From the human T2T-CHM13v2.0 reference genome, Homo sapiens, in NCBI RefSeq assembly GCF_009914755.1, contig NC_060928.1: 64,000 nt of DNA; one strand, 5' to 3'. Made by a program: the position numbers and the translations under genes. Below, piece after piece: positions 1-13,534 of the stretch (positions are counted from its first letter, which is position 1; each line of letters opens with the position of its first letter). The notes under the pieces were generated by a model. It made no database searches and was not told where the DNA came from. It worked only from the letters and a program-made list of their open reading frames with translations.

Positions 1-1852
1 CCCTGCGCTATTAGGAGTAATATTATTCTCTCTTCCCCTGGATATTAGAAAGAATATCACAGGCGGAGTTTACACCCCACCCCCTGCGATATTGCGGGTA
101 GTATCATCCTCTTTTAACCTGGATATTAGGAGCAATATCACAGGGGGCGTGTACACTTCCTTCGATACTGGGAGTAACATCATCCTCTCTCCCCGTAAGT
201 AGTAGGAAAAATATCAAAGAAGGGGTGTACATCACTTGCGATATTGAGAGTAATAGAATCCTCCCCTCACCTGGATATTAGAAATAATATCATGGGAGGG
301 GTGTACACGGCCTGCGATATTGGGAGTAATATTATTTTCTACCCCCATGGATGTTGAGAACGATATCACAAGGGCGGTGTACACCATCTGCGATAATGGG
401 AGTAATATCATCGTCACTCCCCCTGGATATTAGAAACAATAGCACAGGCAGATTACACACCCGCTGCAACATTGGGAGTAATATCACCCTTTCCCCCACT
501 GGATATTAGGAACAATATGTCATGGGAGGTGTCCAGCCCATTCCATTTTGGGAGTAATATCAATTTCTTCATTGCTGGAAATAAGAAACAATATAACATG
601 GGTGGTGTACACACCCTGTGATATTGGCAGTAATAGAGACTCCCCTCCCCCACGGGATATTAAGAACAATATCAAAAAGCGGTGTATACAGCGATATTGG
701 GATTAATATCATGCTCTCTCCCCTGAATATTAGGAACAATAGCCAAGAAAGGGTGTCCACCCTTTCATCATTTCATCCCCCCTCTCCGTGGAGTTTAAGA
801 ACAACACCGCAGAGTTGGTGTACACGCACTGCGATACTGAGAGTAATGTCATCCTCCTCCCCCTGAATATTAAAAACAATATCACCGAGGTGGTGTACAA
901 CCCCCGCGATATGGCCAGCAATATCTGTGTCTCCCCCACTGGATATTAGGAACAATATCACAGGGGTGTGTACACCTCCTGCGCTATTGGGAGTAATATC
1001 CTTCTCTCTTCTTCTGGATATTAGGAATAATATCACAGGTGGGGTGTACAACTCCTGCGGTATTGGCAGTAATGTCACCCTCTCCCAACCTGGATATTCA
1101 AAACAAAATAACGGGGGGGTGTACACCCCCTGCGACATTGGTAGTAACATCATTCTCTCCCCCACTTGATATTACAAAACAATATCCCAAGAAGGGTGTA
1201 CACCCTCTGAGATATTGAGAGTATTATCATCCTCTCCCCAACTAAATATGAGGAACAATGTTGGTGCGGGGGGGTGTACACCCCCTGAGATATTGGGAGT
1301 AATATCCTCTCCCTCCCTGGATAGTAGAAACAATATCAAAGGGGTCGTGTACACCCCGTGTGATATTGGGAGTAATATGATTCTAATCCCCCCGGGATAT
1401 TAGGAAGAATATTGTGGAGGGTGTGTACACCTCTGCCATATTGTGAGTCATATCATTTCTCTTCCCCTGGATATTAGGAACAATACCACTAAGGAGTGTA
1501 CACCTCCTGTGGTACTAGGACTAATATCATCCTCTCGCCCCCTGGATATTAGGAACAATATCACAGGGGTGGTGCACACCTCCTGCGAATTTGGGGAAAT
1601 GTCATCCTCTCCACCTTTGGATATCAGAGACAATATCACAGGAGGGGTCTACGCCGCCTGCAATATTGGGAGTAATATCATCCTCTCCCCGCCCTGCATA
1701 TCAGGAACAATATCACAGAAGGGATGTACATGCACTGCGAGATTTGGAGTAATGTAATCCTCTATCCGCTGGCTATTAGGAACAACACAGGTGGTGTACA
1801 CCTTCTGCGATATTGGGAGTTATAGCATCGTCTCCCACCCAATATCAGGAAT
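1..1852 (+). repeat. SATR1/SATR2-type satellite, ~75-80 bp diverged units (left arm; runs off window start)
   Basis: Recurrent unit CTGGATATTAGGAACAATATCACAGGGGGTGTACACCCCCTGCGATATTGGGAGTAATATCATCCTCTCCCC; CTGGATATTA-like starts at about 38, 119, 271, 423, 499. ORFs here are repeat artefacts (LDIRNNITGG / ILFLISRG). Confidence 0.85.
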
Positions 1853-2294
1853 AATATTTATTAATATTAATAACCAATATCAAGTATTAATATTAATAAA
1901 ATTATGCTAATTAATATCAATCATTACTGTTAGTAATGTGCTTACAATGAAATTAATATTATTAATATTGATAAGAATGATTAATATTAATAATCAATAT
2001 CGAGATTAGCAATGGTAAATACAAGCTTAGCAATGGATATTGATAACAACTATTAATATTAATAATAACTAAGAGCATTATTTCAGAAATCAGTATTCGT
2101 TGCTATTAATTATAAATAATACTATTCATAATAATTAGTAATAATACTATTCATAATTCATATTAATAATTATGAATAATACTAGTCATAAATAGTTATT
2201 ATTAATAATAACGATTCATAATTAATACTTATTAATAATACTATTCATAATTAATAATAATTAATGATTAATAATGACATTATCACTATTATCA
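1853..2294. repeat. AT-rich low-complexity spacer (TAA/ATT-rich) between oppositely oriented satellite arms
   Basis: Near G/C-free TAATATTAATAA, AATAATACTATTCAT motifs. Confidence 0.85.
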
Positions 2295-3590
2295 CTTCTA
2301 ATACCGCACAGGGTCTACACACAACTGCGATAGACCCTGTGCGGTATTAGAAGGGAGGGAGAGCATGCTATTCGTTTCAATATCGCAGTAGGTGTACACC
2401 CACCCTGTGATATTGACTCTAACATCCATGGGTCAGAGTATGACATTGCTCCCAATAAAGCAGGGGGTGTCCAGCCACCCGGTGATACTGCTCCTACTAT
2501 TCACAAAAGAAGAGAATGATATCACTTCCGATATCGCAGGGAGTGTACACTTCTTCTGTGATACGGTTCCTAGTATCCGGAGGGGGAGAGGATGATAATC
2601 CTTCAAGTATCGCAGGATGTGTACAGCCACCCTGTGATATTGGTCCGAATATCCAGGAAGGGAGAGGATGATGTTACTCCCCACATAGCAGGAGGTGTAC
2701 ACCCACCCTGGGATATTGTTCCTAATGTCCATGGAGGAGAGAGGCTGATATTACTTCCGATATCGCAGGGGTTGTCCATCCACCCTGTGATACTGTTCTT
2801 AATATTCAAAGGCCGAGAGGTTGATATTATTCCCAGCATCGCGGAAAGTGTGCAGCCCCGTGTGAAATTGTTCCTAATATCCAGAAGGGGAGAAGATGAT
2901 ATTACTCCCCATATCGCAGGAGGTGTACAGCCACTCTGTGATTTTTTTGAATACGCAGTGCGGGATAATATTATTCTCAATATCGCAGGGAGTGTACAAC
3001 CCCCTGTGAGATTGTCCTTAATATTCAAAGACAGAGGAGATGATATTACTCCCAATATCGCAGAAAATGTACACCCCCTAGTGATATTGTTCCCATGATC
3101 CAGGAGAGAAGAGGATGATATTATTTTCAATATCACAGAACGTGTACACGCACCCAGTGATATTGTTCCTAATTTCAAGGTGGGAGAGGATGATATGACA
3201 CCTGATATCGCAGAGAGCAAAAACACACCTGTGATATTGTTCTGAATATCAAGGGTGGGGAGAGGACGATATTACTGCCAATACTGCAGAGGGCGTACAC
3301 CTGTCTGGAAATAGTTCATAATTTCAAGAGGGGAAGATGAGATTGCTCACAATTTCGTAAACAAGCTGTCGGTCCACCGTGGATCGCAATATCCAAGGGA
3401 AGAGAGGGGGGTGATATTACTCCCCATATCGTGGGGAGTGCCCACCCCCCTGCGATGTGGATTGCCATATCCAGGGGGCAAGATGGGGATGATATTACTC
3501 CCCATATCGAGGGAATGTCTACCCCACTGCGATGTGGATCGTAATATCCAGGGGAGGAGAGGGGGGTGATATATTACTCCCCATATTCTC
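2295..3590 (-). repeat. SATR-type satellite, reverse orientation (right arm)
   Basis: Units read GGAGAGGATGATATTACTCCCAATATCGCAGGGGGTGTACACCCCCCTGTGATATTGTTCCTAATATCC, the reverse complement of the left-arm unit. Confidence 0.85.
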
Positions 3591-3639
3591 TTATGATCTC
3601 ATGCCTCCCGCCCAGCCCAGAGATGAGACTTTCCTTACC

Positions 3640-4330
3640 CAATGAGGAAAGGACAGTCTCTTCAACAAATAGTGCTGGAAAAACTGGATATCCACATGTG
3701 GAAGAATAAAAATTGACCCTCATCACACAACACACACAAAAATCAACTCAAAGTGGATTAAAGACTTAGATGTATGACCTGAAAATGTAAAAGTATAGAA
3801 GAAAATAGAAGGGAAAACCCTATGACGTTGATCTGGGCAGTGATTTTGATTTTTTGGATATGACCCCAAAGGCGCGGGCAACAAAAGCAAAAAGAAAGAA
3901 ATGGGATTATGTCAAACTCAAAAGCTTCTGCCCAAGCAAGGAAGTAATCAACAGAATGAAGAGGCAACCCATGGAATGGGAGAAAATATTTGGGAACCAT
4001 ATATCTTATCTGATAAGTGGACAAAATCCAAAATCTATAAGGAAATCAAATGACTCAATAACAATAAAACAAATGACCTGATTTACAAGTGGGTAAAGGA
4101 TTTGAGTAGATATTGCTCCAAAGAAGACATGGAAATGGCCGATTGCTAAGAAAGTAGATTTTAAGTGTTCTTTTTACAAAAAAATGATAAGTATTTGAGA
4201 TAGGGCTTTGTTAAATAGCTGAATTTGGCCAGTCAACAATATATAAATATATCGAAACATGTTGTATACTATAAATATATACAATGTTTACTTGTCATTT
4301 AAGATAAACAAATTTTTAAAAATGAAACAA
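3640..4330 (+). mobile_element. LINE-1 (L1M/L1MA-type) remnant: ORF2 3' part joined to 3' UTR end
   Basis: GGAAAGGACAGTCTCTTCAACAAATAGTGCTGG; ORF 3854-4081 MTPKARATKAK..WDYVKLKSFC..WEKIFGNH is L1 ORF2 C-terminal-like; 4150-4320 resembles an L1MA 3' end. Confidence 0.8.
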
Positions 4331-6445
4331 ACAAAAAGATTTGACAATTCCAGAATGAATGACTGAGATAAAATGTAGTGATCTGATCATCTTGAAAGGT
4401 CATTACAATTGATGGAATTATTTTGGCTGTTGTGGAATATTTTCCACGTGGCCTTGTTTGGAAGCAGGGTTATAAATAAGGTCATCCTTTCCTGATTTTA
4501 GGGATGTGAAATCAAACTTAGAATTTTAAAATTTTGTTTTGAGTTGGGCTTCCACTGGTAGAAAAATAAATAAGAACTTAATTCCATTCTTTGGAATTGA
4601 AAAAATAGATTTTTAAACAAAATTTGTCTACCTGTGCTGTGGTGGAAAAGTATGGGTGTCTGTGACAGTGTTTCTTTTATCAAGTGAAAAAACTTCAACC
4701 CAGACTGGCCTAATTTTTCATTTCATAATATGGCCATATCGGGGAAGCAATCATTTCCAGATCTTCACTGGCATTTTAATTACTAACTTTTACATTTCAC
4801 ATGTTTAATGGAATCTGGAAAAGGAGACACAGATTTTAGTCTTCTTGGCTTGTTTGTGGGTATAGAACAATCTTAACTCAGATATCGTGGAAGTCAGTGG
4901 GCTGTGTAGACAGGATCTTCTGGGGAGCTGATTGTTCACGCACTGCACAACTCTCTTTCAATTATTGAAATCAACTTTTTTCCAATGCCTCAAAGCAAGG
5001 ACGATTCTGAGGGCTTTGAAAGCAATTTTTCATTTTATTTCTTTGCAAACTGACACATCTTGATGTTTACTATATAACAGAAGAGCTGATTTAAAACAGT
5101 ATGCTGCTAAACCTAGCTCTCTCCCTACCTCTCCCTGCCTCTGCCACCCTGGATCCTGTGGCCCTCAGTACTGTTCTGTGCCATATGTTAGAATCCCAGA
5201 ATGACATTCTAAATAGGAGACAGGCAACAGAATACTAAAAATTGAGTGAATTTATGATTCAACTGAGATTCTCTCTCCAGTATTCTTTTCCCCAGTAAAG
5301 TGATTGTACTGATTCCTTTGTAAATGTGGTCACTTGGAAAGTTCTAAGGATTGAGCAAATTGCTTTTAAAGAATCTCCATTTTCTACATATGTATGTCAC
5401 CTACTCAAAATCTTATTTCCCGGTTTAAATTGTTTTCTAACAAATATGGTATACTTCCCTCAGCAATCCCTCAACTGTAAGAAAAATGCATTTTTTTCTT
5501 CTAGTGATAAATAGTAAGTTCATTGCATTTCTTAGAATAGAAACATTGATAATTGATAACCTCCACACATGTCCCCAGTCCTCATGTCTGTATTATTAGC
5601 TTCATATGGAAGGACTGTGTGTGTGTGTATGTGTGTGTATGTGTCCATAGTAAAAGAGGAATCTATTGTGCTAATGAGAGTTTCCAATCAACAAGTTTTG
5701 CCTTGTGAATTACAGTTTTAAAGTACTTTCGATTATTAAATTTATTGCTATTTAAAATCCATCTTTAGGAACCTTGCTATTCATACTAGAACTTTAGTTA
5801 CGGCCTCAAGTTTGAGCCCCTCCCAAAAGATCTCATCTCCTGGAGCCTGCTAAAGTGTATAAAATATGTTCAGAAAAATACATCTTGGCCAGCCATGGAG
5901 TGGAATGGAGAGCTGGTGGGATGTATGGCTGAGAGGAGAGGTCCAAGACAGTGCCTTTCCTGGTCACAAGGTCAAGGTCAATATGGCTCACATGGGTGAT
6001 GCCATTTTCTTCTTGTTCTCATAACATCCAGAAGATGTGCTGGCTGATCAGCAGTTTTGCAGAACTGCTACTTTGCTTCTCAGGGAGTGCTCTAGAATAT
6101 ATTTACATAACTTGAGAAAAATATCTTCAGCATATACTGTATGGCCAGTACTGTGCCTGAGCCCTCTTAGTGTCTAGATGTGAACCGTAGTTAGAGTCTC
6201 ATGGTTAAAAGTTGTTTTGTATTTCAGTCTCTTCTGCCACTTGGTTTTTCAAATGTTTTCCTTTTTGAGACAATCACAATTACCTGTATATGTAAATTTT
6301 ATTGTTAAAGATGAGTACTGATCTTTGGACTTGATTTTGGGTCATAGGCTTGCAAAGCTTTACTTAAGACTTCAGTAAGTAAAGGCCCATGACTGATTTG
6401 TAGAATCACTGAAATAATAGTAAGACTCTACTTCTCAGAAGATGA

Positions 6446-6831
<386 letters not shown>

Positions 6832-7946
6832 TAATTTCTGATAAGAATTTTTATTTGGGGTGTGTTATGATATTTGAATATCTGATATTTTGTGGGAGAT
6901 GGAGATTGCAGATGATTTACCAGATTTGCAGAGCAAGTAATAGAGGACAGTTTATTCCTTCTTAGTTTTCACTTGCTCTTCTTCCACATGCGTTAGCCAC
7001 TGTTAGCTCCACTCCAGATGAGATAGAGCTTCTTTTCTGTCTGAGCATGAATTTGCTAGGAGCCATGAGATAAGTTTTTTTCTTAGGTCACACAGTTATT
7101 AAATAAATATTCACTGAGTTTAATTTATGAACAACGAAAGTAAAACCAGACATGATTCCTCCCCAAAAGATGAGCGCATGTGAAACAGTGGGGAACACAA
7201 CATCTTTCAGGTTGCCAGTGTATGGTGGCACTACAGGATCGAGGTTATGTATTATAGACAATAAGTAAGGAAGACATATCTGAGCTGATTCTAAGATCAG
7301 AATCTGGTGATGTGTTAATTGAACACTTGGCAATTGCTTTCTTAGTTTACCCATTCAGATTACTTATCCTATTGAGGAAATGAAGACAGAAAAGATTGGT
7401 GGCTTTATTATATGTTACACTGATGCTTTGGGTTAGAGAGCATGGGTTGTATAAAATATTTTAAAATGTGGATGGATAATTTTAGACCAGTTAGGATGGC
7501 TACATTAGAGAATCCAAGGCAATGTCTGCCATTATCTTTACAACACACACTGATTTTTTTGTGTACCTTGTCATTATGTAAGCTGCCTACAGGGCTGTGG
7601 TAAGTCACGGACAGGGTTAAGGAGAAGGGTACATGTCGAGAAACTAAATCACATTTGGAGAGGAGATGTAACAAAGGTAGGGTTCAGAGGTTTACTGGTA
7701 ACAATTCCAAATTTGGAATGAAAAAGTTACTCTTTGTTTAGCGTTCAAGTTGGGAGTTTGCCCTGCAAGAGACAGTCAACAACTGACTTCACTCGAATGT
7801 GCTTGGAAAGGGAAGAACTTAAACCAGCCATGAACAGGAGAAGAAAGCCAGGTTTTCTGGAAACATCGCCAAAACCCAACAATTTCTCAGAATGTTCAGA
7901 GGCGCCAGGGGGGTGTTTGCATTTCAATGGAAAAAGTTCTGAAAGC

Positions 7947-8303
<357 letters not shown>

Positions 8304-9769
8304 TTCTGAAAGCTCTGGAAACTATTCTGTTTTACTTTCTCATTGAAAGGCAAAAAGCATGGCTGTAAATAAGAGACAGAAGCACTTGCTATGGCTTTGT
8401 TAAGAGTGAAGAAAAGGGACCTCTGGAAAATTTGAATTGTCCAATCCTTTGCCACAGAGCCAAGACAAAGTGGTCCAAGTCATAATGGCAAATAGAAAAT
8501 AAAAGTACTTCCTCTCTGAGAGAAGAAATAGAAGTAGCAGTTTTTATGGGGGCCCTGGGGTGGGTGTGGGCATTCACTATCTTCAATTTCAGACCTCTTG
8601 AGTTTAAGGTGCCTTTGAGAGCTGGAGGTAGATAGCAGGACTGAAAAGCTGGGTATAGATTCAGGAGTTGTTGGCTGGTCCCTGCAGCTGGATTCATGGG
8701 CCTTGATGGCACTGCCCAGGGAGTAATTTATAATATTACTCTTAATAACGTATCTTTTGTGATTTACCTTGAATCTAGAGAGAAGTGCAGTTATATTTCT
8801 TCACACCATCAAGGAGACCTAATTGTCTCCAGTCACTGATAAGATAAATGATGGGAGAGGGTGGGGTGCTCAAAAGTCAGTCTTTTCTGGGGACACAGGT
8901 CAGTGTGTCTCTCCTGGGTCCCTCTGTGCCACAGCTACTCCTCTTAAATCTTGATTCAAGGGCTTCAGAAGCTAATGGCATAGTTATGAGAGGGGTGAAG
9001 ACTGTGACTGCATTTCCAACAGACCCTGAGGACAACTGGGAAGAATGAGTACGGAGTCCTACTATCCAGTGCCATCTGCCCCATCTCACTCTCCATCCTT
9101 CCCTTTGCCCTTCCACCTTCAGTTGTTCATTCAACACGTGTTTTCTGAGCACGATCTGCGCTCCAGGCACTGGGCTGTGTGTTGGTGGTATAGCTAGCAA
9201 GACAGATTTGGTCCCTGATCTTATGGGGCATCCTTGGGGACAGGGTGGGGTAGGGAGATACAAATAAGAAAACCAAGAATTATAATTATACTTATGGGAG
9301 GTAATGAGATGGAGAAAAAACTTGGTGCATGAAAGTGCAAGAAAAAATTTGGCTCAGGAAAGTATGAAAGAGGAATCCTGGCTCGCAGGTGAGGGAGGGT
9401 ATCTGGGAGAAACTGAACCAGGCAGAATCATTTCTGTTTCCTGTCTCCGTGACTTATTTCCTCTCTCTTGAATATTCTTCTCCATTTTGTTTGTCTAGTT
9501 AACAGACCAGGGCATGGAGCAAGCTGGTTTAATCACTGCATCAAACAGAAGAGTAGATACAGATAAGCTCATTTTACAGATTAAGAACCTGAGCTCAGAG
9601 AATTTAAATAATGTGCCAAGTTAACACAGCTATTGGTGGAGCTGGTGTCTCAAATCTCTGTCTTAGTCATGTCTGGCTTTTTTCAGCTGCGTCATATATC
9701 AAGCAATCTATTTCTGGTTTAATGTCCGTTAAATGAACTGATGTCAGGAAAGCACCAGGCATATGCCTG

Positions 9770-9995
9770 TTACAAGAGAGTATGGTGGTTAAGAACATGG
9801 ACTTTTGAGTCAGATAGAACTGGTTATGTGTCCTCTTCTGTCGTTTTCTCTCTGGGTGACCTTGGTTATCTGATTTTGGTTTTCTGAGCTTCAGTTTCCT
9901 TATCTGGAAAATGAAGATAGTAACAGCATCTACCTTGTTGGATGATAGGAAATGCCTGTAGAGATTCCTTAATGTAAATATGTTCTCCATAAATA
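9770..9995 (+). mobile_element. MIR SINE fragment
   Basis: GTGGTTAAGAACATGGACTTTTGAGTCAGA...CTCAGTTTCCTTATCTGGAAAATGAAGATAGTAAC-like MIR core. Confidence 0.65.
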
Positions 9996-11429
9996 TGAGA
10001 TATTTTTATTGATTTAGGCACTGAATATTTTTGAGCAATTTCTATATGATAAGCAGTTTTTAGGTAAGTATTTCTTATTCTGCTTTTTTCATCTCTTTCT
10101 CCTCTTCCTTCTCTCTCACAACAACATGTAGCAAAGTTAAATGTTCAATGGCAATAAAAACGAGTGAGAAAAAAGAGAAGGATAAGACAATTGAGAGATA
10201 GAAATGGGAAAGAGAAAAGAGAAACTTAAGTGGAGGCAAAGGCAAAGAAAGAAAACAGAAGCAAAGAAATCACAATTATGGGTAACAGGAAGGAACAGTG
10301 AACACTTGAGGAGAGTGGGTAAAGAGAGAAACTACTGAATTACAGTCTCTCCAAGCTATGAGCTTTCCAATATTTCAACTGCTTCGACACAAAACAGCTG
10401 TTTCTGTTGTGAGGCTATTCAAGTTGATCCAACAAGCTAATTTCTATGGTCCTCTTGGATGCAAGGATTGAAACTGTGATTTTATTTGCCAGTTCTTTCA
10501 ATTTTTGGATTTAATTCCTATTTTTTTCTGCTTGAAGCCAAACAAGCTTAAAATATGAGGACTGAGGACGTAACACAATGTGAATGTCAAGGAGAAGTTT
10601 CTATTGGAAATAGTGCTCTGGTTTGACAAGACCATCGGAAGCTGAAAACTGACATAACCTTAATGTATATAAGTAGATAAGGCTGTTCCCCAAGGGGTTC
10701 AATATGCTTTTATAGATTTATCATTCTATCTTCCTTCCAAGTTTTGCAGGAAAAATGAGACGATTCTTTTGTTTGCAAATTTACAGATAAATAAATCGAG
10801 ATAGACTTGTGTAATAACTTGCCTGAGGTGACTCTGTAAAATGAATGGAGAAGTCAGGCATGTAGTCCAGTTCTCTAATTCTAACCCGGTAAACATTAGT
10901 TAGCAGGGTGTCTTGTTTTTTAAAGAAACTCAAAACCTTAAGGAGGAACTGCAACTTTATAAATGAAACACATTCAAAATGTTTGGCCCTCACTATTTTA
11001 TTTCTTAGGTTTGTGTCTGTACATATTAAATGGGGATGGCAATAGCAAAAACCAATCAATTACATTTGGCAGGAAAGAAGTAGAATAAGTTGGTGTTTTC
11101 ACTATTAGGATTTATAAATTTCATTGGATTTCAGATATCTAATAGATTTGGGATATGGCTGTTTAATATTTCCGTGTATTTAGTTGTCTGAAATTAGTAT
11201 TGGTCAGCCAGCCTCCCCTCCCCTTGCATTTCAGGTTAATGCCAACAATAATGTGTGTGTCCAAGAGGGTTATAGGGGAGCAATGGAGGGGTGCACCCTG
11301 ACTCTGACACCTTGTTCTGAAGTATACAGTTGCTAGACAGAGTTCTTCCTCTTGTTCTCTGGAATGTGGTGAAGAGGAAGGAACCAGCTGTCTTGGGTTG
11401 CAATTTCAAAATGTCAAGTTTTCTTTTTA

Positions 11430-11511
11430 TGTGTATGTGTGTGTGTGTGCATGTGTGTGTGTATGTGTATGTGTGTGTGTATATGTGCGTGTGCGTGTGC
11501 ATGTGTGTGTG
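11430..11511. repeat. Imperfect (TG)n/(TATG)n microsatellite
   Basis: Directly visible. Confidence 0.9.
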
Positions 11512-11549
11512 TTATGGCCAGGGATTGGCAAGAAAAAGATTTTCACAGG

Positions 11550-12523
11550 TGAAGGCATGGCCTGCCCCTCCACACCTGTGGGCGTTTCTCGTCGAGTGGG
11601 ACAAGAGACTGAGAAAAGAAAGACACAGAGACAAAGTATAGAGAAAGAAAAGTGGGCCCAGGGGACCAGCGCTCAGCATATGGAGGACCCGCCCCGCTCA
11701 GCATATGGAGGACCCGTGCCGTGCCGGCACCGGTCTCTGAGTTCCCTCAGTATTTTTGGATCATTATCTCTACCATCTCGGAGAGGGGAATGTGGCAGGA
11801 CAATAGGGTAATAGTGGGGAGAGGGTCAGCAGGAAAACATGTGAAAAATGTTTCTGTATCATAAACAAGTTAAAGAAAAAGGTGTTGTGCTTTGATGTGC
11901 ACATACATAAACATCTCATTGTATTAAAGAGCAGTATTGCCACCAGCATATCTCACCTCCAGCCCTAAGGTGGTTTTCTCCTATCTCAGTAGATGGAATA
12001 TACAATTGAGTTTTACACCCAGATATTCCATTGCCCAGGGACGAGCAGGAGACAGATGCCTTCCTCTTATCTCAACTGTAAAGAGGCCTTCCTCTTTTAC
12101 TAATCCTCCTCAGCACAGACCTTTTATGGGTGTCGGGCTAACGGAAGGTCAGGTCTTTCCCTTCCCACGAGGCCATATTTCAGACTATCACATGGGGGGA
12201 AACCTTGGACAATACCTGGCTTTCCTAGGCAGAGTTCCCTGAGGCCTTCCTCAGTGTTTTGTGTCCCTGGGTACTTGAGATGAGGGAGAGGTGATGACTT
12301 TTAACAAGCAAGCAAAGCACATCCTGCATAGCCCTAAATCCATTAAACCTTGAGTCTACACAGCACATGTTTCTGTGAGCACAGGGTTGGGGGTAGGGTT
12401 ACAGATTAACAGCATCTCAAGGCAGAAGAATTTTTCTTAGTATGGAACAAAATGGAGTCTCTTGTGTCTACTTCTTTCTACATAGACGCAGTAACAGTCT
12501 GATCTCTTTTTCTTTTCCCCACA
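11550..12523 (-). mobile_element. HERV-K (HML-2) solo LTR, LTR5A/LTR5B-like, 974 bp
   Basis: Minus strand starts TGTGGGGAAAAGAAAAAGAGATCAGACTGTTACT and ends ...GGGGCAGGCCATGCCTTCA; perfect 6-bp TSD CACAGG at 11544-11549 and 12524-12529, typical of betaretrovirus-like HERV-K. Confidence 0.9.
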
Positions 12524-13031
12524 CACAGGCAAGGGGGATGAGTCCATAAGATGACACTGGAATAGGGGATTGGCTTGGGTGCACCAGGGGGCCAGAGACA
12601 TGGGTCATCCCTGGAGACGGGAGTTGGGACGCTCCCCTGGGATGGAGACTGGAAGTGCAAGAGAGAAGAAAGTTGTTGTGAGGTCAGGAGCATGGTGGCT
12701 GGAGAGATCTTCAAAGTATGAAGAGCATCAGCTTCTGGGTCAGATCGCCCAGGTCTTCCACCTATTAGTTGGGTGATTTTAGGACAATGTCATCATTGGT
12801 GGCTCCCTAGAATCAGACCTTAAGTCAAGGAGTTGAGAGCAAGTTATTAACTTAGTGTTGATTCCAGGAAACACTGGCAGGAAAGTAGGGAACTGAGAAA
12901 GGAAAGGCACAGAATATAGGGTGGATTATCGAGCAAGTTAGCACAGTGGGAATAGGAGCTGAATTCTACTGAGGAGCCCTCAGAGCAAATGGAGAACGTA
13001 TCTTCCCAGAGTTATTCCAACACAATCCTAT

Positions 13032-13511
13032 GGAGGGAAGAGACAGACCCTCTCATATTGTTTTATATTGTTTTATACTCAGTACCTGTTTTAAGAAAAA
13101 GCAACAAGGAAGTAAAACCAAAGACAGGCAGCCCGGCGCCAGGCCCGAAACCGGGCCTGGGCCTGCCTGGCCTAAACCCAGTAGTTAAAAATCAACTCGT
13201 AACTTAGAAACCAATGTTATTCATAGATTCCAGACATTGTATAGAAGAACATTGTGAAACTCCCTGCCCTGTTGTGTTTCTCTCTGACAACCGGTGCATA
13301 CAGCCCGTCACGTACCACCTGCTTGCTCAAATCAATCACGACCCTTTCATGTGAAATCTTTAGTGTTGTGAGCCCTTAAAAGGGACAGAAATTGTGCATT
13401 CGGGGAGCTTGGATTTTAAGGCAATAGCTTGCCGATGCTCCCAGCTGAATAAAGCCCTTCCTTCTACTACTCGGTGTCTGAGAGGTTTTGTCGGTGGCTC
13501 GTCCTGCTACA
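13032..13511 (+). mobile_element. 5' LTR (LTR2/LTR2B-like)
   Basis: (G)GAGGGAAGAGACAGACCCTCTC...AATAAAGCCCTTCC...CCTGCTACA; terminal TG mutated to GG. Confidence 0.9.
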
Positions 13512-13516
13512 TCTCC

Positions 13517-13534
13517 TGGTTCCCTGACCAGGAA
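13517..13534 (+). promoter_or_regulatory. Primer-binding site, tRNA-Glu
   Basis: TGGTTCCCTGACCAGGAA, complementary (1 mismatch) to the tRNA-Glu 3' end TTCCCGGTCAGGGAACCA; lies directly after the 5' LTR. Confidence 0.85.

Noticed and set aside
232-3226. Many overlapping 60-207 aa ORFs with repeating peptides
   Set aside because: Translations of the SATR satellite on both strands; no gene structure.
1-3590. CRISPR-like periodic palindromic repeats
   Set aside because: The whole unit repeats with no unique spacers; primate context and no cas genes.
11236-11641. His/Thr- and Cys/Val-rich ORFs
   Set aside because: Translations of the (TG)n microsatellite and LTR5.
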